Below, in pieces: positions 1-8,277 of a DNA stretch of 13,393 nt. The position numbers were made by a program, and so were the translations under genes. The notes beneath the pieces were generated by a model. It worked only from the letters and a program-made list of their open reading frames with translations, ran no database searches and was not told where the DNA came from. Positions within the stretch are counted from its first letter, which is position 1, and every line of letters begins with the position of its first letter. The stretch is from contig CAVWCF010000006.1 of the NCBI GenBank assembly GCA_963753435.1, forward strand, positions 1 through 13,393, written 5' to 3'. This DNA comes from an uncultured Actinomycetota bacterium (GTDB lineage: Bacteria > Actinomycetota > Actinomycetes > CAVWCF01).

Positions 1-33
1 GTCGAGAGGAAGCATGACCCGAACTAGCCGAAC

Positions 34-960
34 TCAGTCTCCATCCGCACGGCCGGCCCCGCGCCCCAGCACGAATGCAATGACGATTGCCACGACCCCC
101 AGGAGCAACGCCACGAGAGGGACAGTTGTACCGATCAGGTTGAGCAGACCTATGGAGTCCTTCGCGTCGGCCGCGGTCTCCTCGACGTACTCGTCGGTGA
201 AGGCCAGTTCCGCATCAAGCAGCGTGAGTGCGTCAACATCAGACCCTGGAACGCGCAGTGACTGCACCTGCTCCTCTTGCCCCTTAACGATCACGCCGGT
301 ACGCGGCTCCACCCAGATCGTCCGGGTGTTGGCGTAGAACCGGTCGGCATCAACGGAAGCATCCTCGGTTCCCACCAAGGTGCCAGGAACCGTCAGGGTG
401 GTGTACTTCTCGGCAGCGATCGTCTGAACGAATCGGTAAACCGGAAGCCCGTACAACTCGTCCTCGCCATCGAACTCGGCCGGCAGCGCCTTGGCGAGCG
501 TCGTGTCGTAGTACTGGTAAGTCGTCTTCTCGGTGTTGAAGGGGAACTTCAACGGCATGATGCCGTTGTAGTCGGTGATCGGCGCACCTTCCAGGTTGCT
601 GTCGCAGCAGTCGACCATCTGTGACGTCTTGCGATCGAAGGCGAACCGCGCCTTCGTATCCGCAATAACGGATTGGTCTGCAGTCAGAACAGGGATGAAG
701 GTGTCGTACACGGCAACATCGCCGTTGCCGGCGTCGACATCGCCAACAGTCGTTCGCAACGCGGTGAGCGGGACATCCTCGACGATCTCCAGCGCTCCGG
801 CATCGAACAGAACGCGCGCCACGCCATCTGACGGCGTCTTCGAATCGGCGTCCAACGGAGCCTTCGCCGCTGCAGGGAGAACGGCGAATCTGAGCACGCC
901 GGCCAGCGCGATCAGGAAAACACCGAGGCCCAGCAGGATGTACGCACTGATCCTTCTCAT
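34..960 (-). CDS. DUF3068 (PorA-like) membrane-anchored envelope protein, family of M. tuberculosis Rv0227c / MSMEG_0317 (LmcA/PgfA); 308 aa
   Basis: ATG with AGGAG 5 nt upstream. N-terminal hydrophobic helix (ILLGLGVFLIALAGVL) followed by KAPLD, C-terminal TM helix (VPLVALLLGVVAIVIAFVL). Family motifs FAFDRKT, KFPFNTEKTTYQYYD, GLPVYRFVQTI, RFYANTRTIWVEPRTGVIVKGQE. Context next to acyltransferase and aftD. Confidence 0.88.
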   Translation of the reverse strand: MRRISAYILLGLGVFLIALAGVLRFAVLPAAAKAPLDADSKTPSDGVARVLFDAGALEIVEDVPLTALRTTVGDVDAGNGDVAVYDTFIPVLTADQSVIADTKARFAFDRKTSQMVDCCDSNLEGAPITDYNGIMPLKFPFNTEKTTYQYYDTTLAKALPAEFDGEDELYGLPVYRFVQTIAAEKYTTLTVPGTLVGTEDASVDADRFYANTRTIWVEPRTGVIVKGQEEQVQSLRVPGSDVDALTLLDAELAFTDEYVEETAADAKDSIGLLNLIGTTVPLVALLLGVVAIVIAFVLGRGAGRADGD

Positions 961-965
961 TCGCG

Positions 966-970
966 CTCCT
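966..970 (-). promoter_or_regulatory. Shine-Dalgarno AGGAG of the DUF3068 gene
   Basis: ctcct on + strand, 5-nt spacer to the ATG at 960. Confidence 0.75.
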
Positions 971-985
971 CAGGACTGCACAGCC

Positions 986-1005
986 GAGACTGACGGAGAG
1001 TGACG
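986..1005. repeat. 10-bp tandem direct repeat GAGACTGACG / GAGAGTGACG
   Basis: Read directly, 9/10 identity. Lies in the divergent intergenic region over the predicted DUF3068 transcription start. Confidence 0.5.
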
Positions 1006-1008
1006 ATA
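1003..1008 (-). promoter_or_regulatory. Putative SigA-type -10 hexamer TATCGT for the DUF3068 gene
   Basis: Matches actinobacterial TANNNT. Lies 42 nt upstream of the ATG, leaving room for a short 5'UTR containing the SD. Confidence 0.4.
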
Positions 1009-1017
1009 GGGCGTGGG

Positions 1018-1031
1018 CGGCATTAATGCCG
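1018..1031. promoter_or_regulatory. Perfect 14-bp palindrome CGGCATTAATGCCG, candidate operator
   Basis: Exact inverted repeat with an AT-rich core, in the middle of the 113-bp spacer between divergent genes. Confidence 0.5.
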
Positions 1032-1073
1032 GGTGAACGGCCAGAGCGTTGTCGGACTGGAATGCTTCAACCA

Positions 1074-1784
1074 ATGGACACTCAGGAGATCCGGCGCCTG
1101 GTGGCGGTCGAGGACCGCCACTGGTGGTTCCGGGAGAAGCGGGCCCGGCTCCGAGCCGCCGTGGCTGACCTGCCCACCACCAGCGCGGTCGAGGTAGGGG
1201 CCGCTGGTGGCGGTAACGCTGCCGCGCTGGCCGATATGGGCTGGGACGTCTGCATCGTCGAACCGGATGCCGAGGGAGGCAGGGTCGCCCGGGAACGCGG
1301 TCTGCCGTCCATCCGGGGGCGCATCGAGACCCTGCCGCTACGAAGCGAATCCGTTGGACTGGCTGTCGCTTTGGACGTTCTCGAGCACATCCCCGATGAC
1401 GAGACCGCCGCATTTGAGTTGTTTCGGGTGCTGCGGCCGGGAGCACGTCTGGTTGTGAATGTGCCCGCGGACATGGCCCTCTGGTCCGGTCACGACGAAG
1501 CCTTGGGACACGTTCGGCGGTACCAGCGGGACGAGCTAGTCAAGCTGCTTCGCGGTGCCGGGTTCGCAGTTCAGTCCTGTGTCTCCTGGAATGTCCTGCT
1601 ACGCCCCGTCGTCCGCATCCGTCGCCGCCGTGCAACCGGCAGCGAGATGCAGGAGCACAATCCGTTCGTCAACTCCGCGCTACGAGCGGTTCTGGCGGCC
1701 GAGCATGCGCTTCCCCTGAGTCGATTCCGCGGCGTGTCGCTGTTCGCGGTTGCACATAGACCCCCTGCGGGCAGGGATGTCTGA
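1074..1784 (+). CDS. Class I SAM-dependent methyltransferase (Methyltransf_11-like); 236 aa from ATG 1074 (alternative starts 1062, 1026)
   Basis: Motif I VEVGAAGGGN, LPLRSESVGLAVALDVLEHI, LRPGARLVVNVPA, WSGHDEALGHVRRY, and N-terminal EDRHWWF typical of glycan-cluster methyltransferases. Confidence 0.9.
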   Translation: MDTQEIRRLVAVEDRHWWFREKRARLRAAVADLPTTSAVEVGAAGGGNAAALADMGWDVCIVEPDAEGGRVARERGLPSIRGRIETLPLRSESVGLAVALDVLEHIPDDETAAFELFRVLRPGARLVVNVPADMALWSGHDEALGHVRRYQRDELVKLLRGAGFAVQSCVSWNVLLRPVVRIRRRRATGSEMQEHNPFVNSALRAVLAAEHALPLSRFRGVSLFAVAHRPPAGRDV

Positions 1785-2973
1785 GCCGGTAGTGGTCACG
1801 TCGGACCGCGCCCGGCTCCCGGCACTCGACGGGGTGCGGGCGATTGCAGCCCTGTCGGTGCTCGTGTTCCACGTGGGCTTCAACACCGGGCTGCCCTACG
1901 ACAACTGGGTGGGCCAGTTGGTCACCCGATTGGACTGGGGCGTCTGCCTCTTCTTCGTCCTGTCGGGCTATCTGCTCAGCGGTCCGTTCATCCGGGCGTC
2001 ACTACCCGGCGGCAGTGTCCGGATGCGCGTCTATGCAGAGCGGCGGGCCCTCCGAATCCTGCCGTTGTACTGGATCAGCCTGGCGGTGGTCGTCTGGCTC
2101 CACAGCGGAACGATCGACTCCCCCGGCCAGGTGGCGAGGACTGCTCTACTCATCCAGCCGTATACGAACCAGGCGGCGATTCCGGGGTTCGAGCAGTCAT
2201 GGTCCATTGCTACGGAGGCGGTCTTCTATGCCCTGCTGCCGACGTTTCCCTTCCTGGTCAGCCTTATGCGGCCCAGGGACGCCCGATCGGTACTGCAGCG
2301 CTGGTGGCTGCTGACCGCCGCGCTGGTGTTGCTCGGCATCGGCTCCACCTGGGTTGCGTGGCAGACCCTGACACCGGATCCGGTCATCAGCTCGACGTGG
2401 TTCCTACAGTTGGCGCCCTGGTTCGCCGGCGGGATCGCGTTGGCCGTGCATGAGGAATCCAGGCGCGTCGGTTTGCCGGGTTGGCGCTTGCTCACCGACG
2501 TGGGATCGAACCCAGGAGCATGCGTGGCCTTGGCCTTCGGCTCCTTCGCGCTGTCGGCGACCCTGTGGGCTGGCAACTTTGAGCCGCTGTCCATCGTGCC
2601 GCTGGAACAGGTGATCCCGAGGCGGCTGCTCTACCTGGGGGCGGCCGTCCTATTGGTCCTTCCCGCGACCGTCGCCGACTCCGCAGACACCGGCTCTCGG
2701 TCCGTAGTGCTGCGCTCGCTGTCCGCGGACTGGCTGCGCCATGTCGGCTTGATCTCCTACGGGATCTTCCTGTGGCATCTACTGGCCTTGGATCTGGCCC
2801 TGAGGTGGTGGGACCTGGAACCCTTCTCCGGCGGGTTCTGGCGCATCCTCATCACGACCCTCGTCGTGAGCCTGGTGCTCGCCGAGATCAGTTGGCGTCT
2901 TGTGGAGCGGCCGCTCCAGAACTACTCGCACCGGCGCCGTCTGGCTCCGCATTCCGTCGCCAAAGGGGTTTGA
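1777..2973 (+). CDS. Membrane O-acyltransferase, Acyl_transf_3/OafA family, no fused SGNH domain; positional equivalent of Rv0228/TmaT; 398 aa
   Basis: LDGVRAIAALSVLVFH, GVCLFFVLSGYL, RRALRILPLYW, WSIATEAVFY, GLISYGIFLWH, SWRLVERP, about 10 TM segments. ATG 1777 overlaps the upstream ORF end by 8 nt. Confidence 0.93.
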   Translation: MSEPVVVTSDRARLPALDGVRAIAALSVLVFHVGFNTGLPYDNWVGQLVTRLDWGVCLFFVLSGYLLSGPFIRASLPGGSVRMRVYAERRALRILPLYWISLAVVVWLHSGTIDSPGQVARTALLIQPYTNQAAIPGFEQSWSIATEAVFYALLPTFPFLVSLMRPRDARSVLQRWWLLTAALVLLGIGSTWVAWQTLTPDPVISSTWFLQLAPWFAGGIALAVHEESRRVGLPGWRLLTDVGSNPGACVALAFGSFALSATLWAGNFEPLSIVPLEQVIPRRLLYLGAAVLLVLPATVADSADTGSRSVVLRSLSADWLRHVGLISYGIFLWHLLALDLALRWWDLEPFSGGFWRILITTLVVSLVLAEISWRLVERPLQNYSHRRRLAPHSVAKGV

Positions 2974-5900
2974 AAGCACCCCGCCACCGAGCGAACGCAC
3001 CGGAGTCGATCGCGATCAGAACGACCAGGGCCGCCAAGCCGGCAAGTACCAGGGCCTGACTCCACCAATACCCGCGTCCAACCGCGTAATTGTCGACCAG
3101 CCACAGCCCCGCAAGTTGACCAGTGACGGCCAATGTAGGACCGGCCCAGGCGATCGCCGCAATCGCTGCTCGCCACCGCGCGGCCCACGCCAGCACAATC
3201 AGAGCGGCGGCCGCGAACCACCCGCCAAGCAGGACTAGAAGCGCCGCCCCGAGTGGCGCGATCCAATTGGCCGCGGCCGCCCGCACCGGCGCCGGCTCGG
3301 GACCGCCGCCGCTGCGGCGCAGGCCGACGAACAGCGCCAGGATGCCAATCGCCAGGCTGGCGACAATCGACCAGCGAACCGCTGACTGCGGTCGGAACTC
3401 CAACAGGACTGTTGTTGCCTCTCCGGCCGGCAGCATCCAGCCCTGTCGCCACCCATCGATCGTCACTGGGTTCAGGACCGTCCCGTCCGCAGTTGTGGCA
3501 CGCCACCCTTCGTTCCGGTTCTCGGTGGTGACGAGGATGCTGGCGGGTCCGGCTGCGACCGTGGCCGTGCGCTCGGCCTGGCCCCATCCGGTCACGGTGA
3601 CCAGACGATGGCTGGTCGGCGTGGCCAACCCGGCCTCGGCGGCGCCGACTTCCCGGGCAATCAGCGATAGGGGGAAGTCCCGGGGCGTGTCCGGCATCTG
3701 GATGCGGTGCTCCCCGGAACTCAGACTCACCGTCCGGCAGGCGAAGAACTCCAGGGGACGAAACGCCTCAACGGCTGCGCGTGTGCCGACCAGGCGCGTC
3801 GGGACGTCGAGCCCGTCAATGCGAAGGGTCGGGCCTGAACCGCAAGGCACAACTACCCGGTCGGTGGGCGCCGCGGACCCGATCAGGTCGGAAATCGCAG
3901 GGATCAGCAGTTCGCTGATCCCCGGCTGCGCCTGCGGGGAGATCCCCACGTCGTATGGCAAGTCAACGAACGAGTCGACTCCGGTTATCTCCAATCGCAG
4001 CGAGGTCGTTCTAAGCGGATCGAAGCTCACGAAGGAGCCGTCGCGCGGTATCTCAAGCGTGCGGACACCATCGTCGCCGACGAGTAACGCCTGTGTGACG
4101 ATTCCGGAGGCGGAACCGGACGAGTGGCGAACTGCCAGGCGATCAACGGTTCGTATCGCGTCCCACGACAACGTGAGTTCCGGGGAAAGATCCGCTGGAT
4201 CGGTGACCCAGGTGGTGCCCGGATCGGCGTCCACAGCGGCGTAGCCGGTGACCTGGGGATCCGCCGTCTGTGATGACGACCAAGCGACACGTAGGTCCGG
4301 ACGTCCGGCGGCCAGGACGGTGTCGGCCCCAGTCCCCGGCGTCACCAACGTCTCCCCCGAAATGCGCCAAACGACCGAATTCGGCAGGGAGACGGCGCGG
4401 TCGATTCGGGTCGTGTCCTCGCCGGTCGCCGGGAGTTGCCGGGAGCAGCGGGTCTCCGTGTCGACGCGGATACAACCGCCGCGGATGAAGGGCGCCCGGC
4501 GAATGCTCAAGCTGGTGGACTCGTCGGCCGCCGGGAGCGCGGCGGTGACCAGGGCCTTTGCGACTGGCAAGCCCGGCCCCTCGATCTCAGCGATCGCAGC
4601 CCGTTGTTCGAACCCGGCTCCCCCGACCACCGTGGCGACCGTCACCCGCAACGTGGTCGCGGGGCCACCTGGCACACCGGCTCGCACCACACCTTCGGGG
4701 TTCGGTGCGATGGCTAGGGACCCGTTCTCCGACGACAGCTCAGCGAGTGTGACCTTCGCCCCGCCCACATCCGTGAAACGGACAGTGACATCGGACAGAT
4801 CCACTGGTTCGCGATAACGGATCTCCAACCACTCGCCGTCTGGCGAGCCGTAATTGCCGGAGGTCCACGCGGTCAACAGGTTCCCATCAGCCCCAGCCCA
4901 CGGTTGCGCCTCGGACACGTGCCTTCCGGGGTTGTCCGCATCAGCCAGTGACGTGGACGCGACCACGTCCGCAACGAGACCGTCATATCGCGCCACTGAC
5001 TGGCGGCCGTCTAGAGGGAAGGGGGTGTAGTCGTTGATGGGTCGCCGTGGCTGCGGTGAATCCGGCGTCAAGGTTGCAGACTCGCCCTCCAAGATCAGCC
5101 CGAAGTTGCGGGTGCGCAGCCGCAGGGTGTCGGTGATCACCTGCTCTGCAACCGCGGCATCGGGCGGCACCCCGTCCCCATCCAGGATCACGGGCCGCGC
5201 TCCGACCACGTCCTGTTCGGCAAGCTGCAGCATGGCCTCCGGGCCCCCACTGGCCCGGACGACTTCTGCTGCTGCAAACGCCGACAACCGCGCCGCGGCC
5301 CCCTGCACCCGAAAGATCTGGATCGACGGCAGGTCACCGTCAAGCCGGGAATCGGCCGCGTTGTCGAACACGGTGATGGTGGTTCCCACATCGGGACCGA
5401 ACTGCGCCACCGGCTGAAGGCCCGGGCTTTCGGCAAGCGTTTGGGCGACCAAACCTGGGCGCGTGGTCAGCGCCCGGCGCCATTCCAGATCGTTTCGCAC
5501 CAGTACGTATTCGACCCCCATACGGGCCAGCAGTTTCGATAGGCCTGCCGAGCCCCGGCCCTCATTGATGCGCTGGTTGATGCCGTCCAGGAGGCGGATG
5601 TTGGCCGCCGACCCGAGGGGTATCTGATTTCGCACTGCCCACGGAACACTCAGCGCTGATTGAAAGGGTTCGTCCAGCGGACGGCCCCAGTAGTACTCCG
5701 CGAAGCCAGAGGCCGGCAGCAGCAGCACCCGGCCTTCAGCGTCTTGGGACTCCAACCAGTCACCCGCGTCATTCCACCATTGCGGGACTTCACTGAAACT
5801 TCCATCCGCCGGGAGTTCCGCTTGCCACAACGGGAGTGTGGATAAGGACAGGCCAACAACAGCCGTGATGGCGGCGGCCGCAGCTGGCACATCGGGCATG

Positions 5901-7123
5901 TTTGATGCCAGGGCCCGTTTCAGACGTCCGAAGTCGACTCGCTCCAGCGCCACGGCAACGCCGACCGCCAGAGGCAGCCGCAGGAGCGGATCGAACTTGC
6001 CCACGTTTCGTAGTGGGCCGAGCGGGCCCTCGAGGAGATAGCGGATCTGCTCGGAGATGGGCGAGTCAAGGCTTCCCACGAAACCCAACGAGAGCAGGCT
6101 GATCGCGATCAGAGCCGACAGCCGCATGAGCGGCGCCTCTCGCATACGGCGCAGCGACAAACCGGCCAGCCCAACGGCTAGAACCAACCCGGTGCCGGCG
6201 ACGAGCCACGGATCGCTCACGAAGCGGTGGGCCGTCGGCCACCAAGGCCCGGTGGGCAGAATCAGTTGCCCCAACCAGTGGCTGGTCCCCCGGCCGACCT
6301 CGGCGAGGTCGGTCCAAGCCGTCGTGACCGAAGCGGGTTCCGTGTACGGGATGAACTGGAGTCCGTACCGGTTCTGAAGCAGCAACGGAACCGTCCACCA
6401 CAGCGTCCCCAGGACCACAAGCCCGGACCACCACGCCAGCAACGCCGACCGCCTAGGTCCTCTGGTCCGGGTCAGCAGGAAGAGCAGCGGGAGTGGGAGG
6501 ACGGCCAGAGTGGCCGTTGCATTGACCCCGCTCATCGAGACCGTACAGAGGGCGGCCAGGGCCGCCCAGCGCCTAGGGGAACCGCTCTCGGTGCCCCGGT
6601 GCAGGAAGTACAGCGTCCACGGCAGCAGCGCAAGCGGCAGCAGTTCGTTCGTGAATCCACCGAACAGCGACAACGCCCTCGGCGCCAGCGCGTAGGCCAG
6701 GCCCGCGCTGACGCGCGCGAAGGTCGAAGCTATCCCCAACCGGCGAGTCAGCCAGATGACGCCGAAGTAGCCCAGCAGAACCAGAGTGATGTGCCAGATC
6801 CGCTGCGCGGTCCAGTCCGGTATCTGGAGTAGGTCGGCTAGCCAGTAGTACGGGCCGATCGGCCACAGGTACCCGGTGGCTTGGTTCTGGATCTGCCCGA
6901 ACCCTGCAGATGGATCCCAGAACCCGAAGACTCTGGAGAGAAACGTCCCGGGAGCCTGGAAGAGATCGAACTTGGTATCCGGCATGACCAGGCCGGGCGC
7001 CTGCCGGAACAGGGCCGTGGCGATGGCCAGGGCCCCGACCCACTCCCAGGCGCCAGCTTGCCGAGACCGACGACGCTGCGCGTCCGCAGTCGCCTCTCGG
7101 GCTTGACGCAGCTGCACCGTCAC
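2888..7123 (-). CDS. aftD: AftD-family (DUF3367) GT-C glycosyltransferase with extracellular F5/8-CBM32-like modules; 1411 aa
   Basis: PDTKFDL, GQIQNQATGYLWP, AYALAPR, MSGVNATAT, FIPYTE...TT, RGTSHW, LRNVGKFDPLLRLPL, WGRPLDEPF, PWAVRNQIPLG, VLVRNDL. Two discoidin-like repeats (AGADGNLLTAW; AAVDADPGTTW), IDGWRQGW and C-terminal TMs. GTG start at 7123 forms a GTGA overlap with the GT4 stop. The family call is strong, the sugar specificity is unproven. Confidence 0.9.
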   Translation of the reverse strand: MTVQLRQAREATADAQRRRSRQAGAWEWVGALAIATALFRQAPGLVMPDTKFDLFQAPGTFLSRVFGFWDPSAGFGQIQNQATGYLWPIGPYYWLADLLQIPDWTAQRIWHITLVLLGYFGVIWLTRRLGIASTFARVSAGLAYALAPRALSLFGGFTNELLPLALLPWTLYFLHRGTESGSPRRWAALAALCTVSMSGVNATATLAVLPLPLLFLLTRTRGPRRSALLAWWSGLVVLGTLWWTVPLLLQNRYGLQFIPYTEPASVTTAWTDLAEVGRGTSHWLGQLILPTGPWWPTAHRFVSDPWLVAGTGLVLAVGLAGLSLRRMREAPLMRLSALIAISLLSLGFVGSLDSPISEQIRYLLEGPLGPLRNVGKFDPLLRLPLAVGVAVALERVDFGRLKRALASNMPDVPAAAAAITAVVGLSLSTLPLWQAELPADGSFSEVPQWWNDAGDWLESQDAEGRVLLLPASGFAEYYWGRPLDEPFQSALSVPWAVRNQIPLGSAANIRLLDGINQRINEGRGSAGLSKLLARMGVEYVLVRNDLEWRRALTTRPGLVAQTLAESPGLQPVAQFGPDVGTTITVFDNAADSRLDGDLPSIQIFRVQGAAARLSAFAAAEVVRASGGPEAMLQLAEQDVVGARPVILDGDGVPPDAAVAEQVITDTLRLRTRNFGLILEGESATLTPDSPQPRRPINDYTPFPLDGRQSVARYDGLVADVVASTSLADADNPGRHVSEAQPWAGADGNLLTAWTSGNYGSPDGEWLEIRYREPVDLSDVTVRFTDVGGAKVTLAELSSENGSLAIAPNPEGVVRAGVPGGPATTLRVTVATVVGGAGFEQRAAIAEIEGPGLPVAKALVTAALPAADESTSLSIRRAPFIRGGCIRVDTETRCSRQLPATGEDTTRIDRAVSLPNSVVWRISGETLVTPGTGADTVLAAGRPDLRVAWSSSQTADPQVTGYAAVDADPGTTWVTDPADLSPELTLSWDAIRTVDRLAVRHSSGSASGIVTQALLVGDDGVRTLEIPRDGSFVSFDPLRTTSLRLEITGVDSFVDLPYDVGISPQAQPGISELLIPAISDLIGSAAPTDRVVVPCGSGPTLRIDGLDVPTRLVGTRAAVEAFRPLEFFACRTVSLSSGEHRIQMPDTPRDFPLSLIAREVGAAEAGLATPTSHRLVTVTGWGQAERTATVAAGPASILVTTENRNEGWRATTADGTVLNPVTIDGWRQGWMLPAGEATTVLLEFRPQSAVRWSIVASLAIGILALFVGLRRSGGGPEPAPVRAAAANWIAPLGAALLVLLGGWFAAAALIVLAWAARWRAAIAAIAWAGPTLAVTGQLAGLWLVDNYAVGRGYWWSQALVLAGLAALVVLIAIDSGAFARWRGAFKPLWRRNAEPDGAGASSSGAAAPQDAN

Positions 7124-8277
7124 GATGCTCGGCGCTGCGGCCGCTGGTCTCCGCTGGATGGCAACCGAACGGCCAGCAGCAGGGACTCGATCTCGGCCAC
7201 CGTGTTCGACCAGGTGAAGCCACGGGACCATTCCTTGCAGTTGTCGGCCCACTCGTTCGCCGACTCAGGATCGGCCAGCAGGTCGATGGCCTCGGCAATC
7301 GCCGGGCCTAGATCGGCAACGGAATCAACGAGCCAGCCTGTTCGACCGTCCTGGACCGCATCCCGGATCCCGGGGGCGTTGACGGCGACCGCAGGCACGC
7401 CCCCGGCAGCGGCCTCCATCAGCGCGAGACCCCAGCCCTCCCGGGTGGACGCGCTCACGGTCAGCCAAGCGGCGGCGAGCCAGGCCTCCTTCTCGTCCTC
7501 GTTGACGCGCCCCGTGACCTCAATCCTGTCGCTGACCGGCGATCGGTCAACGGCCGCGCGGACCGCGTCGGCGTCATCGCCATCACCGACCACCACCAGT
7601 CGCGCGTCGGGACGCCGACGCAGGACGAGGGGCATTGCGTCCACGATCGCCGGTACGCGCTTGTGGCGGACGAGACGGCCCAGCACCAGTACCAATGGCA
7701 GACGGCTGCGCTCACCGGTGCCGGTCGGCTGCGGGGTGCCGTTGTGAACGACCTCTATGGGTCCCAGCCAACGAAGGCGCTGCCTCATCTCGTCCGCGGT
7801 GGACTGTGACACGGCGGCTGTAATCGTGTGCCGATAGACCCTTCGCGCGATGGGCCCCTCCAGCCAGCGGCCCAACGCTGCCACCGGCCGTGGGAAGTAC
7901 ATCCCGAACTGCTCCTGGTGAACGTGATGCGTGACATGCACGACTGGTCGATCGCCAGCGAACAGCGGAGCCATCATCGACAGGCCGCTTTGGCAATCCA
8001 CTACGGCGTCATAGGAGCGTCGGCGGGTGAGCAGGTACCACCACATCCGCGGATAGGCGGTCCACAGCCCCCCTCGCCGAAGCAGCCGAACACCCTCGCG
8101 TCGTTCCTGGCGCGCTTGCCCGGGGGCACGACCGCCAATGAGGGTGACGTCATGGCCCGCAGCTGCGAGTCCGCGAGCCACTTCCCAGGCGAACAGTTCC
8201 GCACCCCCCGCTGCAGGGTGGCCGGGACTCCGCCACGTGCCCACCACAATCCGCAGGCTCGCGCCGGCGGGCGTCAT
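7120..8277 (-). CDS. Glycosyltransferase family 4 (GT-B, retaining), Rv0225-like; 385 aa
   Basis: WRSPGHPAAGGAE, HHVHQEQF, AVSQST, VHNG, GRLVRHKR, VVGDG, and E-x7-E motif REGWGLALMEAAAGGVP. ATG 8277 forms an ATGA overlap with the GT2 stop. Confidence 0.93.
   Translation of the reverse strand: MTPAGASLRIVVGTWRSPGHPAAGGAELFAWEVARGLAAAGHDVTLIGGRAPGQARQERREGVRLLRRGGLWTAYPRMWWYLLTRRRSYDAVVDCQSGLSMMAPLFAGDRPVVHVTHHVHQEQFGMYFPRPVAALGRWLEGPIARRVYRHTITAAVSQSTADEMRQRLRWLGPIEVVHNGTPQPTGTGERSRLPLVLVLGRLVRHKRVPAIVDAMPLVLRRRPDARLVVVGDGDDADAVRAAVDRSPVSDRIEVTGRVNEDEKEAWLAAAWLTVSASTREGWGLALMEAAAGGVPAVAVNAPGIRDAVQDGRTGWLVDSVADLGPAIAEAIDLLADPESANEWADNCKEWSRGFTWSNTVAEIESLLLAVRLPSSGDQRPQRRAS

Noticed and set aside
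1-15. Possible start of a downstream minus-strand gene (ATG at 15, MLPLD...)
   Set aside because: Only five codons are visible and there is no clear RBS, so it cannot be supported.
1058-1066. TGG-AATGCT 7 nt before ATG 1074 as a leaderless extended -10
   Set aside because: It lacks the first conserved T of TANNNT and overlaps the alternative ATG 1062. Too weak to call.
3123-4817. Long + strand ORFs (373 aa, 189 aa) antisense to aftD
   Set aside because: Ala/Arg/Ser/Thr-rich shadow frames expected opposite high-GC genes, with no motifs.
7124-7252. ORF-track N-terminal extensions of aftD (to 7252), and likewise GT4 (to 8559), GT2 (to 9302) and flippase (from 10477)
   Set aside because: They overlap well-supported neighbouring genes. 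Stop/start overlaps and RBSs give shorter starts.
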